Positions 1 to 7,642 of a stretch of DNA of 24,000 nucleotides are shown one piece after another. Below the pieces are notes generated by a model. The model saw only the letters and a program-made list of their open reading frames with translations. It did no database searches and was not told where the DNA came from. The translations under genes were made by a program, and so were the position numbers. The stretch is from an uncultured Candidatus Saccharibacteria bacterium (lineage in GTDB: Bacteria; Patescibacteriota; SICC01). The stretch covers positions 1 through 24,000 of the forward strand of contig CAYZCS010000007.1 in NCBI GenBank assembly GCA_964476895.1, written 5' to 3'. The first letter of the stretch is position 1, and the number at the start of each line of letters is the position of its first letter.

Positions 1-1
1 T

Positions 2-472
2 CGCCATTTCGGAACGATCTCGTTCCTGAGCCTCTTCGCCATCCCGTTCTCGGTGGGGGCGCTGCGTAAACGTTCCGTGCGCGCCGGGCTGGGAACGGCG
101 TTTTGGGCCGGGCCGGTACGGTTGGCGCTTACCCAACACATCACCTGGTCGGTGAACTCGGTCTGCCATGTGTTCGGCAGCCGTCCGTTCGGAATCAACC
201 GGAAGACCGGGCGGAGCACCAACAACTGGGTGGTCGGCCTGCTGGCCTGGGGAGAGGGATGGCATCATAACCATCACCAGGATTCCCGGTCCGCTCGGCA
301 CGGCATATTTCCCGGTCAGTTCGACCTCTCGTGGCGCGTCATCAAGGCGTTCGAGAAACTCGGATTCGTCTGGGACGTACAGGAGCCAAGCCAGGGGCAA
401 ATCCGGCACTGGTTGGCTGAAGCTTCGGCCACCGAGGATGCCCGGCAGCTCTCCGGAACATCCGCCGCCTAG
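2..472 (+). CDS. Acyl-CoA (stearoyl-CoA-type) fatty acid desaturase, C-terminal part; 5' end lies outside the window
   Basis: The frame is open from the window edge. The third histidine box of membrane desaturases is present (GEGWHHNHH...). Confidence 0.8.
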   Translation, partial: RHFGTISFLSLFAIPFSVGALRKRSVRAGLGTAFWAGPVRLALTQHITWSVNSVCHVFGSRPFGINRKTGRSTNNWVVGLLAWGEGWHHNHHQDSRSARHGIFPGQFDLSWRVIKAFEKLGFVWDVQEPSQGQIRHWLAEASATEDARQLSGTSAA

Positions 473-484
473 TCGACCTGTCAT

Positions 485-539
485 AAGGCCCGGAAGGTGT
501 CTGCACATGCAGTCATACCTTCCGGGCCTTTATTCTTTT
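485..539 (+). terminator. Rho-independent terminator after the desaturase gene
   Basis: Perfect 13-bp stem, AAGGCCCGGAAGG (485-497) with CCTTCCGGGCCTT (518-530), followed by TATTCTTTT. Confidence 0.7.
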
Positions 540-552
540 CGAACGGTTCCGG

Positions 553-626
553 TGGGCAATGCTGGACTCGAACCAGCGACCTCCGCAATGTGAATGCGGC
601 GCTCTAGCCGACTGAGCTAATTGCCC
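553..626 (-). tRNA. tRNA-Val (anticodon CAC)
   Basis: The reverse complement folds as a 74-nt cloverleaf: GGGCAAT-TA-GCTC-AGTCGGCTA-GAGC-G-CCGCA-TTCACAT-TGCGG-AGGTC-GCTGG-TTCGAGT-CCAGC-ATTGCCC-A. The T-loop is GTTCGAGT. Only CC of the CCA end is encoded. Confidence 0.95.
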
Positions 627-676
627 GAGGTGCGACGAACCTCATTATTATACCCGGCAGCTTCTTCGGGCCCAGG

Positions 677-1258
677 TCAATCGAGGAACGTGGCGTAGAA
701 CGTCTTGCCGGCCTCCGACAGCGTCAGCCGGATCGTGTCGGGATGGTGCCACCAGGAACGCCGGGCCCAACGGCTGTCCGTCGCCGGATAGGTCAGGAAC
801 GAGACCTGATCACCGAACGTATCCTCGAACGTCACCTTCACCCGGCGGGCGTGGTAGGGCGACGTGACCAGGATCGCGGAACGGATGTTCTGCGCTTCGA
901 ACGTCGGCTTCAGGAACTCGGCATTCTCTTTCGTCGTGCTCGACTGCTCCTCGATGATCGTCGCGGATCGGGGCACCCCGGATTCGATCGCCAGTTGCTG
1001 CATCACCCTGGCGTTCGAGGTCCCGCGGTCCGCCGCGGCGCCGGAGAAGATCAGTTGCGGCGCCAGTTCCCGGTGCCATAACGAGATACCGGTCTCCGCC
1101 CGCGACTCCGTTTCTCCGCCGGACACCACGACGATCGCGTCAGTCTTCCGCAGCTCGTCACGCGGCGCGATGAACCAGCCCAGCCCGATCGTCGCCAGCA
1201 TGACCGTGGCGACGAATACGACGAGTATCAACGTAATTCGGCGCAACCAGCGGTTCAT
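677..1258 (-). CDS. DUF218 / YdcF-ElyC-SanA family membrane-anchored protein
   Basis: N-terminal TM helix, then VVVSGG...SSTTKENA...LVTSPYHARR, which is typical of DUF218. ATGA overlap with the upstream gene. Confidence 0.8.
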   Translation of the reverse strand: MNRWLRRITLILVVFVATVMLATIGLGWFIAPRDELRKTDAIVVVSGGETESRAETGISLWHRELAPQLIFSGAAADRGTSNARVMQQLAIESGVPRSATIIEEQSSTTKENAEFLKPTFEAQNIRSAILVTSPYHARRVKVTFEDTFGDQVSFLTYPATDSRWARRSWWHHPDTIRLTLSEAGKTFYATFLD

Positions 1259-1653
1259 ATACGGAACGTCCAGAACTTGTTACCGGCGAAGTTCGAGAGC
1301 ACGACCAGGCCGTTGGCGATCACCTGCGCGGGAAATGCGTGCAGTCCGACGACCTCGACCAGGAGCACCAGTCCGGCCAGGTTGAGCGAGAGTCCGATCG
1401 TCTGGACCGTCGCGAACTTGGCGAGCTTCCGGACGCGGTGTACCCCTGCCCGGAACGTCCAGATCCGGTTCAGCGTGTAGCTGTTCAGCGTAGCGACGAC
1501 GAAGGCGATGATCGCCGCGACGATGTAGAAGACGCCGAACCAGAGCAGGGCACCGTACACCGCGAAGTTGATGGCGGTGGTCATCAGGCCGACCAGTACG
1601 AATTTCACGAACTGGCGGGCGTGTCGGTCCTGGGTCAGCATGGCGATGTTCAT
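1255..1653 (-). CDS. GtrA family membrane protein
   Basis: 132 aa with 4 TM segments. FVKFVLVG..TTAINF start and NKFWTFR C-terminal motif. Confidence 0.8.
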   Translation of the reverse strand: MNIAMLTQDRHARQFVKFVLVGLMTTAINFAVYGALLWFGVFYIVAAIIAFVVATLNSYTLNRIWTFRAGVHRVRKLAKFATVQTIGLSLNLAGLVLLVEVVGLHAFPAQVIANGLVVLSNFAGNKFWTFRI

Positions 1654-1655
1654 GG

Positions 1656-2165
1656 TTACGGCGCGGTTTCCGGCTCGAATTCGGCCGGCCGAACCTTTCC
1701 ATCATATCGCACGACGACCCGCTTCCGTTCGAACCGGAGCACCGCCTCGCGGGGAAGGATCAGCTCCCGCGCCGCGGGGCGCCATAGCGGCGGTACGATA
1801 TGTAATTTCACGAGGAAGTGCCCCTCGGTTTCGATCGTACATTCCTTGACCCGTCCCAGCCGCTTACCGGACTCTGAGACCGCGACAGTGCCGAGCAGCC
1901 GCATCGGTCGTTCGAGCAGCGGCTTGATCGCCGGCAGGTCGTCGGCGGCCTGTGCGACATCCGCACCACTGGCACCGACCGCGCCCTCAAGATACGAGGA
2001 AACGTCCACGGTCGAGAGCAGGTGCTTCGGCCGTTCCTTCAGACGGTATGCCACGATCTTGCCCCGTGCGGCATCGAAGACCGGCCCGTCGATCGTGCCG
2101 AGCGGCGTACCGTCCGGCATCGCGATGACCGGCCGTCCGATGATCTCGGTAAGCAGGAGCAGCAT
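1656..2165 (-). CDS. PRC-barrel domain protein
   Basis: Two PRC-barrel-like halves (EIIGRPVIAMPDGTPLGTIDGPVFD... and LLGTVAVSESGKRLGRVKECTIE). The start was chosen at the internal ATG at 2165 because the longer ORF would overlap tlyA. Confidence 0.6.
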   Translation of the reverse strand: MLLLLTEIIGRPVIAMPDGTPLGTIDGPVFDAARGKIVAYRLKERPKHLLSTVDVSSYLEGAVGASGADVAQAADDLPAIKPLLERPMRLLGTVAVSESGKRLGRVKECTIETEGHFLVKLHIVPPLWRPAARELILPREAVLRFERKRVVVRYDGKVRPAEFEPETAP

Positions 2166-2208
2166 GCCCTTATTGTATCGGTTACGGCAGCCGGGGCAGC
2201 CATCCGGA

Positions 2209-2943
2209 TCAGGATCCGGCCGGTGTCGCCAACCGGAGCAGTTGCTCCCGGTTTCCCTTGGTGCCCCTGACCGGAGACGGCATAGTCTCCTCGACCGTCC
2301 AGCCATGCTTCGACAACCACGCCGTCAGGTCTCCGAGTGCGGTCATGATCGTGTCCGGATTCCTGATCACGCCCTTGCCGCGGCTGGCCTCCGCACGGCC
2401 GACCTCGAATTGCGGTTTGAAAAGGGCGACTACCGGGCTTTCCGGCGGCAGCAGGGCGGCGGTGGCCGGCAGCACGTCGCGAAGGCCGATGAAACTGACG
2501 TCGATGACCGCCAGGTCCGCCGCCTCCGGCAGCTCCCGGAGATTCCGGATGTCGGTCTCTTCCAGCACGGTCACGCGGGGGTCTTTCCGGAGCTTCCAGT
2601 CGAGTTGCCCGGTACCCACATCCACGGCCACGACCTTCCGGGCGCCGCGCTCGAGTGCCAACTGGGTGAAACCGCCGGTCGAAGCACCGACATCGAGCAC
2701 GACGCGTCCTTCGATCCCGATCGGCCAAGCGTCCAGGGCGGCGGCCAACTTGCCGGCCGCACGGCTCACGTACGGACGTTTTTCGTCACTGGCCACGGGT
2801 GCCGTCTCGTCGACGGGCTGGCCGGGCTTATGGACCGGTGCATCACCGACCCTCACGGTACCGGCCATGATCAACGCCTGGGCCTTGGTGCGGCTGACGC
2901 CGAGCGCGTCCGCGACGTGTGCATCGGCTCGGCGCTTCTTCAT
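2209..2943 (-). CDS. tlyA: TlyA family rRNA (cytidine-2'-O)-methyltransferase
   Basis: N-terminal S4-like RNA-binding segment (SRTKAQALIMAGTVRV), followed by an FtsJ-type SAM methyltransferase (VLDVGASTGGFT). Confidence 0.85.
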   Translation of the reverse strand: MKKRRADAHVADALGVSRTKAQALIMAGTVRVGDAPVHKPGQPVDETAPVASDEKRPYVSRAAGKLAAALDAWPIGIEGRVVLDVGASTGGFTQLALERGARKVVAVDVGTGQLDWKLRKDPRVTVLEETDIRNLRELPEAADLAVIDVSFIGLRDVLPATAALLPPESPVVALFKPQFEVGRAEASRGKGVIRNPDTIMTALGDLTAWLSKHGWTVEETMPSPVRGTKGNREQLLRLATPAGS

Positions 2944-4331
2944 CGGCGGGAAACGGGGACGGTATCGGACACGCCGGCCTTGAGTTTCTGGGTATCACCG
3001 CTTCCCAGTTCGACCGAGAACAGCGCCCGGCCACGGTCGTCATCCGCGATCACCAGGACGTGCCCGTAATCCCGATCCCATCCGGCGAGGACGGGGTTCT
3101 TGAGCGAGCCGAAGGTCTTCACCGTACCGTCCTTGAAAAGCGCGAGGGCCGGCTTGCTGCCCCGCACCAGCACCGTCGCGTCAGACTCCCGATTCAGGAG
3201 GTAGGAATGGGTCGGCTGTGTCTGGGTGAAGCTCTGTTCCTCATCGTTCTCCAGCGTCCGGATGACCAGCAGCGCGCCGCCGCGGTCCTGCGCGCGGAGG
3301 AAGTTCAGCCGGGAGCCGTCCAGGGAAAGGGAGGCGTCGTACTCGTTACGTGGCGTGTTCACGACGGCTTTCGTCCCGCCGGTGATCGCGTTGGCGACGT
3401 GGATGTCGTGATTACCTTCCGCGACCTCGATCTGGAAATAGAGCGTGACCCCATCCGGCGCCCAGACCAGCCCGCCGGGACCTTCCGGCGTCGCAACCCG
3501 CTGCACGTCGCCGCTCGTGGTGTCGGCGACGAAGATAGACCGCTCGGCCGGGATCGCCAGGCGTTTCCCGTCCGGCGACCAGGCCGCCGGCCAAGTACCG
3601 GGGAGGTTCGAGGCGATGGTCGCGACTTCCCGGGTCGCGATGTCCACGACCTTCAGCTTGGAGCGATTCCGCGTCTCATCGGAAGCGCCTTCCTCGTTGG
3701 AATAGAAGGCGATCTTCTGGGTGGCACTGGAGAACGCCACTCCGTAATCGTCGAAGACGGAACTGACGAGCTGGTCGTCCCGGTCACGTTCGACGGAACG
3801 GAGGTAGATCTGTCGCTTGCCGATGTCGCCCTTGGCGTACGCGACGGCGAACTCCCGGGTTTCCGGCGCCGGGGCGTCGGGAAGCGGTTCGAAGGACGGC
3901 AGCGGCTCGGGAGCCGGCGTAGCCGACGGCAGGGCGGTCGGGACCGACCGTAACGATTCGCTCTCCGCCGTCGCGGCGGGTGACGGGTACTGGATGGATT
4001 CCGGCGGCGCCAGCTGGGCGACCGGTCCGAGCCGGTTCCGAAGGTCGGTCCGGCCGGCCGGTGACGGCTCGGGAGTCTGCTCCCTGATCCGGACGGTGAG
4101 CACGCCGACGTCCACGTTGGCCGTGGCCAGCGGCCGGGCACGCTGTCCGAACCGTTCGTTCGAGAGGCCGCGCGGCGTCTCGGTGCTCTCCGGCGCAGGG
4201 GTCGGTGTCGGCACCGGTTCCGGCTGGCGGTCGCGCAGGTAGAGGATGCCGGCGATAATCGCCGCCAGCACCAAAGCGGCCAGTATCCCGTACGTGACTT
4301 TCTTCCAGCGCGGTAATTCTCTGTGTGTCAT
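2940..4331 (-). CDS. Membrane-anchored TolB-like beta-propeller (PD40 repeat) protein
   Basis: N-terminal TM helix, a Pro/Thr/Ala/Glu-rich linker, then repeated SPDG/APDG-type PD40 motifs (AAWSPDGKRLAI, VWAPDGVTLYF, SLSLDGSRLNF). ATGA overlap with tlyA. Confidence 0.6.
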   Translation of the reverse strand: MTHRELPRWKKVTYGILAALVLAAIIAGILYLRDRQPEPVPTPTPAPESTETPRGLSNERFGQRARPLATANVDVGVLTVRIREQTPEPSPAGRTDLRNRLGPVAQLAPPESIQYPSPAATAESESLRSVPTALPSATPAPEPLPSFEPLPDAPAPETREFAVAYAKGDIGKRQIYLRSVERDRDDQLVSSVFDDYGVAFSSATQKIAFYSNEEGASDETRNRSKLKVVDIATREVATIASNLPGTWPAAWSPDGKRLAIPAERSIFVADTTSGDVQRVATPEGPGGLVWAPDGVTLYFQIEVAEGNHDIHVANAITGGTKAVVNTPRNEYDASLSLDGSRLNFLRAQDRGGALLVIRTLENDEEQSFTQTQPTHSYLLNRESDATVLVRGSKPALALFKDGTVKTFGSLKNPVLAGWDRDYGHVLVIADDDRGRALFSVELGSGDTQKLKAGVSDTVPVSRR

Positions 4332-4396
4332 ATGCCCCTCGCAGGTTCATTCTACGCGGGAGCGGCCCGGACTACACGCGTTGGCAGCCGGTCCCG

Positions 4397-4954
4397 TTAC
4401 GCGCGTTCGACGTAGGTGCCGGTGCGGGTGTCGACGCGGATCCGGTCGCCCGGCTGTACGAAGAGCGGGACGTTCACGACGGCGCCGGTCTCGAGCGTCG
4501 CCGGCTTCGAGCCGCCGCTGGCCGTGTCGCCCTTCAGGCCCGGATCGGTTTCCGTTACCGTGAACGCCGCCTTGATCGGCAGCTCCACGCCGATCACCGA
4601 ATCGCCGTGGACGAGCAGTTCCGTATCCATGCCCTCGGTGAGGAACTCGGCCTGCTTGCCGAGCGTCTCGGCCGGCACGGCGTGTTGCTCGTAAGAGCCG
4701 GTATCCATGAAGGTCAGCGTGTCGCCCTGGCGGAAGAGGAACTGTCCGGCCCGGGTGGAGAGTGCGGCCGGCTTCACCTTTTCGCTTCCTTGGAACGTCT
4801 TCTGGAGCGTCGCGCCGGTCTTCAGGTTCTTGAGCTTGGTCCGGACGATCGCCCCGCCACGTCCCATCTTGGAATGCTGGTATGACAGCACCACGTACGG
4901 CTCGCCGTCGAGTTCGATCTTGGTATTCGTCTTAAGATCGGTGATTCCGAGCAT
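4397..4954 (-). CDS. efp: Translation elongation factor P
   Basis: Full-length similarity to EF-P (...DPGLKGDTASGGSKPATLETGAVVNVPLFV...TRTGTYVERA). The start ATG overlaps the rpsR stop (TGATG). Confidence 0.95.
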   Translation of the reverse strand: MLGITDLKTNTKIELDGEPYVVLSYQHSKMGRGGAIVRTKLKNLKTGATLQKTFQGSEKVKPAALSTRAGQFLFRQGDTLTFMDTGSYEQHAVPAETLGKQAEFLTEGMDTELLVHGDSVIGVELPIKAAFTVTETDPGLKGDTASGGSKPATLETGAVVNVPLFVQPGDRIRVDTRTGTYVERA

Positions 4955-5175
4955 CAGCGCGAGGTATACGGCATCAGCGCGGCCAGGCGTGAGCGCTTGA
5001 TCGCCCGCGCGACCATGCGCTGGTGCTTGGCGCAGTTGCCGGAGCGCCGTCGGGAATCGATCTTCCCGTACGGACTCACGAACCGCGACAGCAGCCGGAC
5101 GTCCTTGTAGTCGATGACGTCCAGTCCCTTGCTGCAAAACAAGCAGCGCTTATGCTTTGGTCGTTCGGCCGCCAT
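4954..5175 (-). CDS. rpsR: 30S ribosomal protein S18
   Basis: CLFC...IDYKDV..L.RF....GKI..RR.SG.CAKHQR signature. Confidence 0.95.
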   Translation of the reverse strand: MAAERPKHKRCLFCSKGLDVIDYKDVRLLSRFVSPYGKIDSRRRSGNCAKHQRMVARAIKRSRLAALMPYTSR

Positions 5176-5696
5176 TAGAAGGGAATGTCATCCAGCGACG
5201 GGTCTTCGCCCGATTCGCCCTTATCTTTCTTCTCTCCCTGCTTGCCGCCGTCCTTGCCAGAATCACCCGCCTGCGATGCCTCGGCCTCGGTCGGCTGGGC
5301 CGGGGCTTGGCTGGCCGCCGCGCCGCCTGCCGCCGCGCCACCGCCTTGGCCACCCTGTCCACCGCGCGAATCCAACAGGATCATGTCATCGGCGACGATC
5401 TGCGTCTTCGAACGCTTCGACCCATCCTGGGCTTCCCAGGTGTCCGTCTGTAGCCGTCCCTCGAAGTAGGCGCGCCGGCCCTTGGCGAGGTACTGGTTGC
5501 AGATCTCGGCGAGCTTGCCCCAGACGACGACGTTGTGGAACTCCACCGCTTCTTGCGTCTCACCCTGTTGGTTCTTCCATTGGCGGTTGGTCGCGACGCC
5601 GAAGTTCGCCACCTGCTGCCCGTTCGGGGTGCTGCGCAGCTCGGGGTCCCGTGTCAGGTTCCCGATGATCATCGCCTTGTTGAGATCTTTGGCCAT
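5175..5696 (-). CDS. ssb: Single-stranded DNA-binding protein
   Basis: OB-fold N-terminus (LNKAMIIGNLTRDPELR), a Gly/Ala/Gln-rich linker and an acidic DDIPF tail. GGAGG Shine-Dalgarno upstream. Confidence 0.95.
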   Translation of the reverse strand: MAKDLNKAMIIGNLTRDPELRSTPNGQQVANFGVATNRQWKNQQGETQEAVEFHNVVVWGKLAEICNQYLAKGRRAYFEGRLQTDTWEAQDGSKRSKTQIVADDMILLDSRGGQGGQGGGAAAGGAAASQAPAQPTEAEASQAGDSGKDGGKQGEKKDKGESGEDPSLDDIPF

Positions 5697-5711
5697 GGTG
5701 CCTCCGATTAA

Positions 5712-6248
5712 TTAATCCTTTTGATCCTTGAGTTGCGCTTCGAGCGCGGCTTCAAGTTCCTGCTTGGTCGCCGCTTTCTTGGCAGGCTTTCGCTCCGTGG
5801 TTTCTGCATCCTTGCCTGTGTCGGCAGGGGCGTCCTGCTTCGCGGCCGGTTTCGCCGAAGACTTGGCGGTCTTCCGCATCTCTTCAGGCACTTTCACCTT
5901 GGCGGCCTCCTTGCTTTCCTCGACGGCCGTCGTCACCTGGGTGATTTGTCCCGGCTCGGGGACCTCTTCGGCGACCAGGAGCACGGTGCGGACGATCTCG
6001 TCCATCACGTTCAGTCGCCGGGTGAGTTCGTTCACCTGGTCGGCCGGGAGTTCGCAGTGGAGGAGCGTGTACCAACCGTGATCCTGCTTGGCGATGTCGT
6101 AGGCGAGCTTGCGGCGGCCGAGCGCGTTTTGCTCTTTGGCCTTGCCGCCGAGTTCGAGCAGCATGGCGCCGACCGCATCGGCGACCTTGGCGGCCTCCTG
6201 TTCGGTCTTATCACCGGCGACAATGAAGAGTAGTTCGTACGTTCTCAT
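5712..6248 (-). CDS. rpsF: 30S ribosomal protein S6 with a long Lys/Ala/Glu-rich C-terminal tail
   Basis: MRTYELLFIV...GRRKLAYDI....GWY core, followed by a tail of about 80 aa of low complexity. Confidence 0.9.
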   Translation of the reverse strand: MRTYELLFIVAGDKTEQEAAKVADAVGAMLLELGGKAKEQNALGRRKLAYDIAKQDHGWYTLLHCELPADQVNELTRRLNVMDEIVRTVLLVAEEVPEPGQITQVTTAVEESKEAAKVKVPEEMRKTAKSSAKPAAKQDAPADTGKDAETTERKPAKKAATKQELEAALEAQLKDQKD

Positions 6249-6300
6249 GCTTCTCGTGGACTATCGTCCCGGTTGCCCGGGAGAAAAGCTCGTAGCTCTG

Positions 6301-6329
6301 AGTCTACGGTCGCGCTACCGGAGCGTCAA
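6301..6329 (-). promoter_or_regulatory. Candidate sigma70-type promoter of the rpsF-ssb-rpsR-efp operon
   Basis: The minus strand reads TTGACG (6329-6324), a 17-nt spacer, then TAGACT (6306-6301), about 50 nt upstream of the rpsF ATG. Confidence 0.4.
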
Positions 6330-6367
6330 GGAGCGAAGCATGATTATGGTAGCTTGCTAAGTAGCGT

Positions 6368-7642
6368 TTGTCAAACCCAGCCCGCTCTGCGAAGATAATG
6401 GGCTCCTCGAAGAACCTCCTCATGACTTCCCTCATGGATTCCGAACGCGAGAACGGGTCGAGGCCATTGACGCCCGACCGGCTTCAAGAAGTGGCGGGCG
6501 GGCTGGTGGAACACGAGACGATGGAGCGGGTGCTGGCCGACACGCATTGGGACTACCAACGTCGGGATACGAGCGCCGGAACCGCATACGTGTTCGCCCG
6601 TCCGGTCTCGTTGCTCGAATCGATGCGGATCAACCCGGCGGATTACCAGAACCATCGTCACACACTGGGAATCAGCGAAACGGACGGGGAAATGCGCCTG
6701 ACCTACCTGGTGCTGCGTGACGTGCATTCGAATGAACTCGGCATGCTTCCGAGGATCGAGTCCGCGTTGCGTGGTCGCGGTCGGATCACCCGTCGTGACT
6801 TCTCGGACGACGAGCTGGCGTTCGTCGACCGCATCTGGCTGCCGAGCGCCGAGATCGGCGAAGCCCTGGGAATCAGCACCGGTCACGCAGAGGCGAAGGT
6901 CACGGACATCCTCCGCCCGCGCCGCTTGGCCAACCGAACGGAGCTGCTGACCCTCGGGCTCAAGGAGGGATTCCTGAACCCCGATCTGGAAGCATGGCGC
7001 CGTCCGGTCGGGCTGTCGCCCTTGCAAGCTTCCGTGCTGCGCCGATCACACCTTGAGATAGCGCCCATGGCCCATGAGCTAGGAATAAAGACCAAGTCCG
7101 CCAGTAACGCTCTTGCCCAGTGTTATCGGAAGACCGGGGCCCGGATTCGCAGAGAGCTGATCCTGATCGGGTTGGCCAACGGTCAGTGCTGCTTGGATGA
7201 ACTGCCGACACCGGAAATGGAACCCAAGCTCACCTCCTTAAGACAGGAGATGCTGGCTCTGGTCGACCGATCGTACGAAGCCATTGCGGAGCAGAGCGGA
7301 GATAGCAAGAGTACGATCTCGAACCGGTATGTGCGCCTGTATGAAACGCTCGGACTCTCGAACATGAACGAGCTGGTGGCGTACGCGTTCCGGGAAGGGC
7401 ACATCGACAACCGGATCGATGCCCGTTTGGCGGACGTGTTCTCGCGGCGGCAACGGCAAGTCGTCGAGCGTCTCATGGACGATAATGACGAAATCGCCGC
7501 GTCGCTCGACATCAGTAAGTCCGTGGTCGTGCATCACCTTGTCGAAGCTAAGCGCCGCGCTGAGGTCGATTCGCGGTCCGGGCTCGTTGCGTACGGGCTC
7601 CGGGCGGGACTGATCGATCCGGAAACGGCCAGGCGTGGCTAG
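6368..7642 (+). CDS. Transcriptional regulator with four tandem LuxR/GerE-type HTH modules and an N-terminal domain of unknown function
   Basis: Four units of about 60 aa (aa 145-204, 216-273, 288-346, 358-417). Each follows the pattern L/F-S/T-x-x-x-x-x-h...EIA..LGIS..TV......h..KLG..NR.ELh..h...G.h. The start is uncertain: TTG at 6368 or ATG at 6398. Confidence 0.75.
   Translation: MSNPARSAKIMGSSKNLLMTSLMDSERENGSRPLTPDRLQEVAGGLVEHETMERVLADTHWDYQRRDTSAGTAYVFARPVSLLESMRINPADYQNHRHTLGISETDGEMRLTYLVLRDVHSNELGMLPRIESALRGRGRITRRDFSDDELAFVDRIWLPSAEIGEALGISTGHAEAKVTDILRPRRLANRTELLTLGLKEGFLNPDLEAWRRPVGLSPLQASVLRRSHLEIAPMAHELGIKTKSASNALAQCYRKTGARIRRELILIGLANGQCCLDELPTPEMEPKLTSLRQEMLALVDRSYEAIAEQSGDSKSTISNRYVRLYETLGLSNMNELVAYAFREGHIDNRIDARLADVFSRRQRQVVERLMDDNDEIAASLDISKSVVVHHLVEAKRRAEVDSRSGLVAYGLRAGLIDPETARRG

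Noticed and set aside
1339-3069. 576-aa ORF on the + strand spanning several minus-strand genes.
   Set aside because: Its composition is Arg/Pro/Gly/Ser-rich with no motifs. It lies antisense to well-supported genes (GtrA, PRC-barrel, TlyA). This is a typical shadow ORF of high-GC DNA.
3830-4250. Pro/Thr/Ala/Glu-rich region with recurring CCGG/GGCG motifs.
   Set aside because: It is the low-complexity linker of the membrane-anchored TolB-like protein. No exact repeat units or spacer structure are present, so it is not CRISPR-like.
5190-5400. Gly/Ala/Gln-rich repetitive nucleotide stretch (GGCCGCCGC-type repeats).
   Set aside because: It encodes the normal disordered linker of SSB before the acidic DDIPF tip. 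It is not a tandem-repeat locus.
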